Position numbers and translations under genes: made by a program. The notes under the pieces are model-generated. The model worked only from the letters and a program-made list of their open reading frames with translations, did no database searches and was not told the origin of the DNA. Below are positions 13,201 through 24,515 of a stretch of DNA of 31,584 nt, piece by piece. How positions within the stretch are numbered: the stretch's first letter is position 1; each line of letters starts with the position of its first letter. The stretch lies in the NCBI GenBank assembly GCA_004022145.1, contig RCNU01000008.1. One strand, written 5' to 3'. Source of the DNA: Paecilomyces variotii. Its lineage: Eukaryota.

Positions 13201-13816
13201 TCTGATATTCTCCGCGGTCTCCTAGCTTCCGCGCATGAACTGCGATTAGAATTACAACCGAGTACACTTTTGAGTCGAAAAAGATAAATGAAGGAATGAA
13301 GGAAAGAAAGAGAGCGTAATATGTATATGAATATATATACAAGAGGACAGCTGAGGGAACGACAGAGACATGCGCAAAGAGAAAACCCAAAGAAAGCAAT
13401 CTATACGTAGGTTTTCGCGATAAGAGATTTCCACGGATCAAAGTTTAAAAAATCACTCCAGCCCCGCCAAATAACATACTAGTAACTCTACCACATTACT
13501 GGCTAGCTTTAAATTTTAGGGATTGACAGGCTTTTCCTTTTTTTAGGCCATTCAGTCGTTATGGCTGAGTTGAGTTAACTATCTTTATACTGACCGTTGC
13601 TAATATTCAAGTCTTCCGACGTACCCAGAGGGGTATATCACCGAGACCGATAAATGCGATCCGTTACTACTATCTAACTACCAAGTTAGTTATGACCGCG
13701 GAACCTAGCTAGCATTTCTTGTCTATGGTGCTCGAGAACTGCCTATCGCGCAAACAGGATAATCCGTAGCACGACGCAATGTCCTATACCGAGATTCTTC
13801 AAACTCAGCTTACGCG

Positions 13817-14949
13817 ATGTGTCGTCCCTTAAATCAACCGGTGCGGTGCTTGTACCGACATCAACAGCGACGACAGCAACATTATTGTCGACCAACAATT
13901 ACCTTTCAAAATCGCCGCTTCCCAGCTCTTGGGATTCATGCTATTCCCAACTCGAGACCTTCAACGGTATCTACGGACTCCAAGTCAGACGAGCTGGTGT
14001 CAGACATCGTCAGAGGACGATTGGACCATGGTGTCCAGGTTGACCAGCACGGACAGCTGGAGATCGTCTCCGAAGAAGTCAGTCGCCAGCCGCACAAGAC
14101 TGCATTGATTCTGTCGCGAGCGAGCAAGTCTTTGGAGCTATATGACTTCATTCGATTGCTAAACCACAGGGTGGCTGCTAAAGGAAATCTTGATTTGGAA
14201 GGACCTGAGGAAGGTGACTTTGTTTCCAGGAAAAACTCGATCGAATGAATCTCGCTTTTCTAACAAATGATCCCATAGTTTTCCCGCTGCGTCACCACCG
14301 AACACTACAGAAACGAGATACTTGGATCCTCACTTTCGCAACACCAGCACAAGCTAGGGAATACCAGAAAGAAGCATCTGAGCTTCGCCATCTTGCCGCG
14401 CGCTTCATGTCCGATCCATCATCTGGCGTGAGAACACCTCACCATCTAGGTCAACATGGGCCGCGACCATACGATTATACCCTCACATCGCCTTTCCAGA
14501 GCCTCTCCCTCGTAGCACAGCTGGCCCCGTTTGACTTCAAGTTACAGCGCGGTATGAACACCCAAACGAAACTGACTCAGGAGAGACATCCGGGCCGAAA
14601 GACGTTCCCAGTGAGACTCTGGACTGGCCAGTTCAGCGGCCAGCTGAGTACAAGGACCATTAAGAACTTCCTAGAGCTGGACGGCCAAGCCCGTGGCAGC
14701 CCCTGGAGAATATCAGAGGGAGAAGATGCAGTCATACGATTAGCACACTATTTTACTTCAGGAATTTCACGAAACAACCTCGATGAGGATAGCGAGTCGC
14801 ATATCTCAGGCTCTATAGGGAATTGGTGCATTGGGTTCCAGTGCGCATCGGATGCCAGGCGTTTTGTCCGTGTCTGGCACAGAAAACACTTCCCTGAACG
14901 TCTCGTTGGTTCCTCGCAGGTAACTATCAAGGCCGAATGTTTATTTTGA
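13817..14949 (+). CDS. Hypothetical protein, ~355 aa, 2 exons, possible N-terminal mitochondrial presequence
   Basis: ORFs 13817-14248 and 14245-14949 join in frame through intron 14214-14278 (GTGACT...CTAAC...TAG). The first ~50 aa are Arg-rich with no acidic residues. No domain recognised. Confidence 0.7.
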
Positions 14950-15534
14950 GTGCTACTCGTACCCATAACGATACACTTTTGACTTTTCAGTCACAGTATT
15001 ATAAACCAGGTTCCGTTCAATATTATGTTTCTTCTTCCTCTTAAATGCTCCCGTATCCCATGCAAATGTACACCATGGCGTTATTTATACTTTGCGTACG
15101 AGTTTCATTTGCTACAAAGATGAGTGTGGCTTATAGTCAAGGCCAGCTCCAGTTTGCATTGCTTTACCTCGGGATAGTCGGACTACCAACGGCAAATCAT
15201 CCATAGATACAGTGACCTAGTCGGTGTTATCCGCTTCTTGGGCGCCAGAGGGAATGCATGACACATATTAACGATCCGAATTCCCATTAATCAACTATCG
15301 GAGAGCACCAGAAACAATACGCAGAAAAAGACGCCATCTAGACAAGAGAATCAAACAACGGAGATACAGGAAGAAAAGGGACGTAGAAATGGTCACGGGG
15401 CGACGGGCTCATTTTGAAAACTGCTCGCTCAATGTCCCAAGAATACTCTCCAGACATTTCGGGGAAACGTAACAAGGGTCCCCCTGCGTAGTCATGAAAA
15501 CAGAAGACAGATAAAACAAGCATTAGTGTGGCAT

Positions 15535-16274
15535 CTAGCAGCATTTCCCACCGAGGTTGCCATTCGCGCCGCTTCCTTGATCTATGTTCACGCCTTGGGC
15601 ACCAGCTTGCTCGGACCGAGAGTTATCCATGTCCTTTTTGATGTCCGAGGCCAGAGTGTAGAAAGCTTTCTCCACGTTAATATTGTTCTTCGCAGAGACT
15701 TCTAGGAATGGTACGCCAAGTTCATCAGCAAGCGCCTGGCCCTGTTCAGTTGAGACAGCTCTCTTCTCCTCCCAGTCGCACTTGTTTCCGATAAGCATCT
15801 TGTGTACACCTTCGCTCGCATGCTGTTCGACATTGGAGAACCAGGTTCGAATATCTATGAATGTGAATATGTCAGTTGCCATACACTGCAGCCTGACGTC
15901 AGGGTGTTCTTACTGTTGAATGAGCGCTCGTCCGTAACATCATAGACGAGAAGAATGCCCATGGCTCCTCTGTAGTAAGCCGTTGTGATGGTCCTAAAGC
16001 GCTCCTGTCCTGCTGTATCCCATATCTGGAGCTTGACACGCTTGCCATCGAGCTCGATGGTACGAATCTTAAAGTCAATACCGATAGTTGTTATAAACGA
16101 CGGCGTGAAAGAGTCCTCGCTAAATCGTAGAAGACAGCATGATTTGCCTACACCCGAATCACCGATGAGCAACAGCTTAATCTGTATTATCCCAAATCGT
16201 CAGCAAAGCATGAAATCGATGGTGCAATCTTCCGCGAGTCTCACCAGAAAATCGTAGTTCCTAGTGCCCGCCAT
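15535..16274 (-). CDS. SEC4: Sec4/Rab8-family secretory Rab GTPase (SrgA/RabD), ~205 aa, 3 exons
   Basis: Exons 16274-16245, 16181-15914, 15854-15535. [65 protein letters not shown] and a C-terminal CC prenylation motif. Confidence 0.96.
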
Positions 16275-17212
16275 TATCGGTGGTAGCCAACGCAAAGGGA
16301 TGCGATTGCGAACAAGAGCAGCTGAGACTAGTCGTTGGAGTGGTTTGGACACGAAGAGGTTCCACTCAATGAGTAGATAGCCTGTCAGCGATAAGATATG
16401 GCAGCGTCTACAGGCGCCTGCGATCGCCAGAAGATGGTAAGCGCGGACCTCCCCGTAAAGACGTTCGAAGATGCTTCGTCACTCTTATGATGTCGGAGAT
16501 CAGGAGGTTTAGTCGAGATAAACGGCAATGGCGAGTATCCGCAATGTAGTGGCAAGGTGGCAAAGGCTTTCAATGAGACGCTAGCTTGCCTGTTCTATCT
16601 TGATGATACCAAGCAAGCAAAGCGTAGTGATGCGATGAACTTGGAAGGACGTCGCTGGGAGGGGGGTGCCTGGGCGTTTGCGCGGAGGTCGGAGTCGCTC
16701 CATGGATCGGGTCTGGAGCTGGTGGCTTGGGAGTGGCTAGTGCGTTGATGCAAGTTGGAAGTGTACCATATTATTTGCTCTTCCGCTCATGGCGTTAAAA
16801 CCATTGCATTGAACCAGAACTATCATTGTAAAAGAATAAGGGAAATAATAAGATTGTAAAATAAATAAATCAGAAAGCTGCGAGCTTCTTATCTAATAGT
16901 GATCTCCTGCCCGAATTCCAGACGTTGAATTGAGTTACGCGAAAGTACAGTACATGCGAATATCATTTGTCACAACCAGCAGGCTTATTACCGAGTCAAA
17001 TAGCTGCTTTAAAGAGAATCGATGCGCCGCTCATGATATCAGATATGTAATTTACGTAGATACACATAACTAAATCTATATACGTCTGTACATATAAGCA
17101 GGTGATCGCATGCGTTCTGCCTTGCAGAGCACGGCGCGCTTTTATAGATCGCCTCGCCGGAGGCCATCGTCTTGCAGGTGGCCTGGAAGGGAACGAGCTC
17201 CTTCAGTGGAAT

Positions 17213-19356
17213 TTATCCAAGCCATTTTGAATATCCCCATCGGATCCTCTCGATGATCCTGAGCTGCTTTTCCGTGCCAGCGTTGATATTCATAAGATCA
17301 CTCATATCTTCCTGGAAATCACGATAGACCGGACCCGGGAAAAACTTCTCAGCAGTTTTCTTAAGAACCTGGACTTCGCAAATAAGCAATCCGTGATCCT
17401 TATATGAGAGGATTCCATTTGGAGTAGGCGACGCAGACGTCAAAACCCGGTCAGCGTTACTGGTTTTGTCAGCCTCGTGTACAGTATTAGCCGTAAACTC
17501 GCTTATACGTACCGCAGTGCGCGTCTCATTTCATCTTGCTTCTTTCCTCTTCTTAGGCCCTTTCTATTTCCGAAGATTCCGCTGAGCCAACGGAAGACTG
17601 CATATGATGCTAAAATCCCAGGTGTAAGGCCGACGAAACTACTTGCAGTCAGTTCTCATATTCGTCATTATCATCTGAGAAGGTGATGCGTACCCAAATA
17701 CAAGCTCCTGGCTTTTGAGTAAGGCATCAATGCCTCCAATTGCGATTTCCACATCGACCTTTGTCTTCTGTATCTGAATGAGAAGCGCACGAACAAGATT
17801 CCCACGGACAGTTCCGCGGAAGGGTTGTCGCAAATCCTGCTCATAGGCTTTCAGGACAGGCGTCAGGTCGCCTTCTCGGACTTTGGCAGTGATGGACTCG
17901 GTGTCTAGTTGGAATTGAGAGGCTTCTGCGGCGGGTTCTGGGTTGTCAAGTACAAAATCGACCACCATTCTCTCTAAACTTGCACGATCCGCCTCTAGAC
18001 TGTTCTTGCTCATGATCGCGATTTCACTCTTCTCATCATGCCTTATGGTGCCGATCAGCTTCCCAATTGGTCCAATAACCCAGTTCTTGCCGAAGTCAAC
18101 TACAGTTGAACCGAATTCAGCGATCCAACTTAGCAGTTCAGCCTTATGGTTCGTCAGTATTTTAAGAACAGTGCTAAGAGAGCAAAGTCCTGCAGAGACC
18201 GGAAGCCAGTATCGTACGAGAGGCGATGGACGACCATAGTCTCTGACTAGCATGTTGGAGGAGAACTCGTGGCCCGGTAAACGCTCTCTCAGAATATTGA
18301 TTAGGCGTTCGATGACGAGAAAAGCGCGAGTATGGCTTTTGCTGTCGGCTCCATGACTTTGCAGGACATCAGTTTCGCACTCTATGGTTGAAAATACACC
18401 ATCCTCAAACTCGTTCAAGCCAATATCGAGGTTCGTTGCATTTCGTAGAAGTGCCTCCATCAACAGTACACTCTTGGAGACAGTGTTGTGCCACTCATCA
18501 CTGGATGGACTGTAGATACCGGCATTTGTGGCTTCCTCCTCAAATCCGAAAGAAAGACATTCATCCATAAGCAGACCAACGGCGCTTGCATGCATTTCCC
18601 TCATCATTTTCAATAACCTCCGTTTTCGCCTCGCCTCAGACCTGCAGACGGCAAATGGAGATAGCATCCTCAACTTAGCCCGTTCGATAGATTGCTCTCG
18701 AATGCTTTGGCGGACCAAATCATGGAACTTTCCCCAACGAGCAGAAATTGTCAAAGTGCCCATTGTCTCTTGGTTGCCATAGTGCCTCTTGAACGTCGAG
18801 TAGATCTCCGTTGCCCGGGAATACAACCTCCAAGGTGATGTTTGTATCGTATAGAGACCGGTATACCAATGTGACCCAAGTACCTCATCCCAGTACCAAA
18901 TTCCGTCGTTCAGTGACAAAGTTCGAGTAAGGAAATTATCCATTACTACGCCTAGGGTCTGGACTGCTGCCTTGGCAGCGACCAACCAGAGTAGATCGTT
19001 CACATAATTATCGAGAGCTCCAGCTGAGAAATTGATGTTTGGTCCTAATTCTTGGACTTGGGACAGTATGTCAATGAGTCGATGCTGCTGCAGTAATGGT
19101 TGCGAAGATGTGACTGAAAGTGTCCGGACAATCGCAGTCAGATCCGCTGTATCTTTGGTCAGGTAAATAGTGTCCGAGGTCCTATAATCTCCGTGGGAGT
19201 CCTCCTGTCCATTGTGTTGTTGTACTTTTTCGGAGTCGCGCAATTGGAGTCTATCGATCTGTGCATCCAGACGACGGATGTTCCTAGAAACAGTTAGCAT
19301 GATGTGGAACCAAAATGGGAACCTCAAGATAGGACTGACTCGATTACCACAGACAT
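17213..19356 (-). CDS. NCA2: NCA2-family mitochondrial protein (nuclear control of ATP synthase), ~659 aa, 4 exons
   Basis: Exons 19356-19340, 19283-17694, 17638-17513, 17459-17213 join in frame. Family-typical segments: IWYWDEVL, YGRPSPLVRYWLP, SLEADRASLERMVVDF, GDLTPVLKAYEQDL, LVRALLIQIQKTKVDVEIAIGGIDALLKSQELVFGFVGLTPG. Confidence 0.9.
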
Positions 19357-19883
19357 GGCGACTTTGGTTTTGGGTTTGAACGAAACCAAAGCCTGGAAAC
19401 GCGAATTAAGTGACAATGGTTGTTGACACCTGCCAACAACGTGCAGCCGGGAATTGTTGTTCCTGGGCTTAAGAGTATGTCGTCATTAGAGTACGATTTA
19501 TTTCCACGGCCAATAATCTCGCGATACTGAAATATTTATGCAAAACATGCAAACACCTTGCTCGCAAAATCCGACTCAAATGAATAAATACGCCTTCATA
19601 GCTTGGATTTAATCGTCTATACATCTTGGCCACTGCCTGGGATCTCAGGATGCTTCAAGTCCAGAGCTTCTTCTAAGTAATAGTTAGTTATTAGTTAACT
19701 ATAGTTATTATTATTAGGTAGTTATTACAGGCAAGCACAGAACAAGCATCACGGCTGACTAAGTCACATCTGTCTTGTGGGGCATATCCATGGATCCGTA
19801 AGAAAGTTCAGCAAAATGTTCAGAGCCTCCCGATCATCACAAGTTAACCACCAGATACTAATCTCTCGCCTGCATCTGACAAG

Positions 19884-20651
19884 ATGGGTGTCCAGAAGAA
19901 GGTTCGGAAGTATGCTCAGATGAAAAGAGCAATCAGTCTACGTGACAGTCGGCTGTTAGTCAAGGATGTTCTCTTCTCTTAATCTACCAGATTGCTAACA
20001 GCATATAGGAAAGAAAACCAAGAAAAGAGCAAGCAGAAGACAGAGGAAAAGAAAGATGATATCGTCAGAGAAGCGTAAGCTCACCGTCTGCAGGTTTCTA
20101 TATGGATCGAAGACCGACCGTATCTTCCTACTTACACACTCTTCAGTCCCCAGGTTTCCTCCGCTCTCTTTTTCCAATACAACACTGCTCTTACGCCCCC
20201 ATATTCGGTACTGGTCGATACCAACTTCCTATCGCACACTATTCAGCGCAAGCTCGAAGTGGTTCCTACAATGATGGATTGCCTCTATGCCAAGTGCATT
20301 CCTGTCATCACGGACTGCGTCCTTGCCGAGTTGGAGAAGCTAGGACCGAAATATCGACTAGCTTTGCGCATCGCAAAAGATCCCAAATTCGAGAGAATAA
20401 AGTGCGATCATAAGGGTACATATGCAGACGATTGTTTAGTTGACCGGGTCATAAAACACCGCGTCTATATTGTGGCGACAAATGATCGTGACCTGAAGAG
20501 GCGAATCCGGTACCGTCCTCGCCTCTGCACCAGCATAGTAGGAACTAAGACTAACAATTTTTCTAACAGAAAAGTTCCGGGTGTCCCTATTATGAGCGTC
20601 GCACGTGGAAAATACGTGATTGAGCGTTTACCTGATGCACCAGAAAAATGA
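19884..20651 (+). CDS. FCF1: FCF1/UTP24 PIN-domain 18S rRNA-processing nuclease, ~193 aa, 4 exons
   Basis: Exons 19884-19954, 20009-20074, 20147-20509, 20570-20651. LFFQYNTALTPPYSVLVDTNF, TDCVLAELEKLG, CDHKGTYADDC, VATNDRDLKRRIRKVPGVPIM. Confidence 0.95.
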
Positions 20652-21991
20652 TTTACGTCCCCCCATCCACCGACATTGAGGTTCTCGAAATCGATAAAGG
20701 ACACGGCCAACCTCGTTCTTCGATAAGCCAACCGAATAAGCCAGGCGAGCATGGAGCTTTTTCCGCCTCGACCTCTAACGAGAGAAGCAGACTCTAGTCT
20801 CGCACCATCATGGCATCGTTCTCCATCTAAGTCCTTTTCTCAGGGCGTAAGGGACATGATACCGATTTCTTCCCTAACACTCTTACTGTTGGGGAAAGGG
20901 ATCTATTTCGCTACATACATACGGAAGTTAGAGACAGCAGTGCCTGATCGTAATATTAACGGTATGAAGGTGGCATCTTCAAAGGTACTCTCTTCCTGGA
21001 AACGCAAAATCAGACATTACAGGATCGCGTTGTGGAAAGGCCATCTCAAAGGACGTGCGTTTCATGAAGGTTTTATTTAGCGACATGATTCATCATTACT
21101 TTGATTATACAATCGTCCACGCAATATGTCGGGCCATAGTGGTTTGTTCATTCCCGTTAGGGTCATGGGCATCTACGGCGCATGTTGTTCTGTCTCTCGG
21201 CCAAAATGGCCAGTCATGGGATCTAGTGTCATTTGCCGAATTGAATGACGTGTCGGCCAACCTTATTAATGATCATTCAACCGTCTGCAACAAAATGCTG
21301 ATATCTTAAGTATGCCAACCCGAGTTTCAAGATGACAACACAGACTTCTGCTATTCAGCCCATCTTAGCTGCTAGAGGTTGGTTTTGCTAGCGGAAGCAT
21401 ATACGACTAGGATCGGCTGCTCATTTGTGGGCTCCCAATCAGTTGCAACGCGTAGTAAATTAATTTAATTGAAGGTCATATCCTCGTACCCTTGGGAGAC
21501 CCATTTGTTGTAACAGGAACCAGATTCCTCATATACCGGTCGACCGTAATGATATCAATGTAAATATATTAGTGAGTAGATATCTATCAGCAGTTGAAAC
21601 ATACACCTAACATGCGACATAGCGATGCGCACATTGAGCTGTGCAGAAAAAGCCCCAGGACAGTCCAAGAGACAGGCTTGAGAGGATGCTATTCAACTAA
21701 GCGCCATCAATCTCAATACCAGGCCTTGCAAATCTAGATACGGCGGGCAATAACAAAGGACCAAGGCGAGATGTGAACATTATACATAAAAATCTATGTC
21801 CGTAACTAATTATTAAATGCTGCTGTAACAGAAAATATTGATGATAGCCGCTAGTTCAGCATCATCAAACGAAACGCGTATCCTGAAAGTTTCTTCTGGA
21901 TACAACCAGAAAATTGACTACCAGACTCCGAAGTTGGCCAGGAGGTGGACTCCCGTGCAAGGTTCGATTCGACTACCTCATCTGGTAGATC

Positions 21992-23017
21992 TCACTCAGA
22001 CTTGTTGGCGGCCTTCGCAAGCCTTTGCTCTCTCTTTCGCTTCATACTCTCGGGCGAGTATTCAGTGTCAAGCAGATAATCCCACCACCTAAAGCTGCTA
22101 GAATAGTTGCCAATGAATTTCTCGTGGTGTAGGTCATGGTGGTCGGCGCCAGCCCAGAACGGGAGGAAATGATGTAGACTCCAGGGGAACTCGTAACCGC
22201 TGTGCGCGTCGATGGCCTGGAACAGACGCAAGACAATCCAGACGTACATCGTGACGATATGCAGGTCTCCAGTGAAGGCACACCAAAGGATCGGGCAGCC
22301 GACGGTACCGAAGCCCAATGCCATCACTTCGATCGGAGAAGCATACTCAGCCGCTAGACCGAATGGTGCCGAATATTGGTGGTGGATCTTGTGAACGGCC
22401 TTGTAGAGAGGACCCCAGTGGAAAGCACGATGCGAGAAGTAGTGCCATGTGTCCTCCAGCACAAAGAAGATCGCAATCTGATACGCCATCGTCCAAACCG
22501 AAGGGAACGGGACCGAGGTTTGGAGGCCGCAAAACTGGGCCATAGGGTGGAAGAGCCAGATCTGAGGCAGTTCGACAGTGAAATGGCTAAGCAAGACCAG
22601 TTTGGCACAGTCCCATTGCTCCTGCACAGAGGGCACTTTGTTCTACTCATTGTCAGTCTTGGGGCTCACTGCACTCGATATTGGTTACACTCACGCTCTG
22701 GATCTTATATTTTCGGAACCATCCCAGGGTGTCGACGATAACCCACGGCAATGACCGACCGAAATAGACGAGTTCGTGCATCACAAAGGACATGATGCCA
22801 GTCGCTAGGACATCATTCTGCATCCAGGCGTACCATGCCGCCCACAGCCTCTCAACGACGTTTAAGTGTACATTGTACTTCGAGATCTCCTCGAATTGGC
22901 CCCAGTAGGTGTCTGGAGGAGGGGAAAGCAGAGTGGTAGAGTTCCTAGTAGAGTCAGTCTAAGAACTGGAGGTGCTTTTTTCCCTGTTCATTTTTCGTTT
23001 TCAAGTTCGACATACAT
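21992..23017 (-). CDS. ERG25: C-4 methylsterol oxidase (fatty acid hydroxylase superfamily), ~300 aa, 3 exons, start codon split AT^G
   Basis: Exons 23017-23016 (AT), 22944-22695, 22642-21992. [27 protein letters not shown], His boxes [19 protein letters not shown], plus [12 protein letters not shown] and [12 protein letters not shown]. Confidence 0.95.
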
Positions 23018-23382
23018 CTTGGCGGCTTGGTGGACAGAGCCACAGAAGCAAGAAGGGCCTTTTTTTTTTCAACGGCGGGAGACGGGCTGCAGTCTCCTCT
23101 GTTGTTTCTTGGGAGTGTCCTGAGATGTGATCGCAGTAGGAGACTCAAAGGTAGGAAAGGTGTCTACTAAGCCTGAGGCTCGTTGAGGGTAGGGGGGTGT
23201 TGTGTAGTGTCAAACCCCTAGGGACGAGCCGTATTTCAGGGACGGGAGAGAGCACAGGCCACGGGAGCCAGCCAGACATCCGAGTGGCGCGATTCCTGGG
23301 ATTACCAACCGGCCCTCGCATCATTCCATCGAGTAAACGCCGTCTTCCCCTGACCGGTCGCCTACTATTGGACGGTCTCCCT

Positions 23383-23400
23383 CGGCAGTCTCACCAGCCG
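23383..23400. promoter_or_regulatory. CGG-N12-CCG Zn2Cys6 site (AtrR-response-element-like) in the ERG25 promoter
   Basis: CGG cagtctcaccag CCG has exactly 12-nt spacing and lies ~370 bp upstream of the ERG25 start, matching the spacing described for AtrR sites at Aspergillus ergosterol genes. The motif is short, so a chance match is possible. Confidence 0.4.
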
Positions 23401-24380
23401 GTGTCGGGTGAACCACCGTGGATCGACAAATCGAACGTAAATCCCGGGTGCCTAACAAGGCTACACTTTTTGCGATTGTTTCTCTGTAATTTGCACTTTA
23501 TAACTAGAGATTCTATAGTAGCCTATTTTAAACTATAAGAAAAGTAATAGTTAAGCGCTTATAATTAAGTAAGCTAAAAAAATCTATAATTTAATATTAA
23601 TATTAAATTTTAATATATATAAAGTAATTACTTTTTAAAAATTTTTAAATATATATATTATAAGTAAAATAATATAATAAATAAGTTTTTATAAAATTTT
23701 ATTATTATTTATTATTTTTAAAATATTTAAAATAATATATAATATAATTTTATAATAATTTATAAAGTTTTAAATTTAAATTATTTTTTAATATTAATAA
23801 TAAATTAAATTTAAGCTTAACTTAATTAAACTTAATTTATTAAGATTATTATTATAATATTTTAATTAATAATAAGTTAATATAAATAATATTAAATCTT
23901 AATATATAAGTAGCTTTTAATAAAGACTTTAAGCTAAGAAAAAAAAGAAGGAAAAATTTATCTATAACTAAGCTCTTTAATATTTTATATATATAAGCTT
24001 TTTTTATTTCCTATTATTTCTTCTTTTTAAATAAAGAATTTATAGATTTAGTAGAATTAATAATATAGAATAATTTTATTATATTACTTCTTTTTTTAAG
24101 TTAGTTTATTCTTAAATTAATAATAATATTATTATTTATTTTTTCTTATTATAGAATTAATAGTATATTTATAAAAGTAAAGTATTCTTTACTAATAAAA
24201 TTATTTTTATTTTTTACTATAATTACTTTTAATTTTCTTATAAACTATTATAATTATTTTTTAACTTACTATATTTTAAGAAAATTAATTATATTTTTTT
24301 AATTAGTTTTCTTAGTTAATATTATTCCTTATTAATTTTATTATTTTATTTTATTTTATACTTAAAGAAATATTAAATTT

Positions 24381-24515
24381 AGGCTTATACCTTAGCTTAG
24401 CTAAAGCTAAGCTTAGCCTATCTTAAAAGCTTAGCTTACTCTAGAGCTTATTCTTAACTAAGTTAAGCTTAACCTATCTTATGCACAGATTAAGTATAAG
24501 CTTAGCATAAGCTAA
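24381..24515. repeat. Second CTTAG/TAAGC pentamer-repeat cluster
   Basis: Dense cttagcttagc / gctaagcttagc / gttaagcttaac motifs resembling the 30558-30732 array. Confidence 0.6.

Noticed and set aside
16385..16748. Short ORFs upstream of SEC4
   Set aside because: Non-ATG starts and no coding features. Consistent with 5' UTR/promoter sequence.
20751..21309. Two plus-strand ORFs (109 and 84 aa) and some minus-strand splice-like signals between FCF1 and ERG25
   Set aside because: No recognisable domain or coherent gene model. Likely 3' UTR/intergenic sequence, though a small gene cannot be excluded without RNA data.
23197..23538. 113-aa plus-strand ORF in the ERG25 promoter
   Set aside because: Non-ATG start, no motifs, and it runs into the RIP block.
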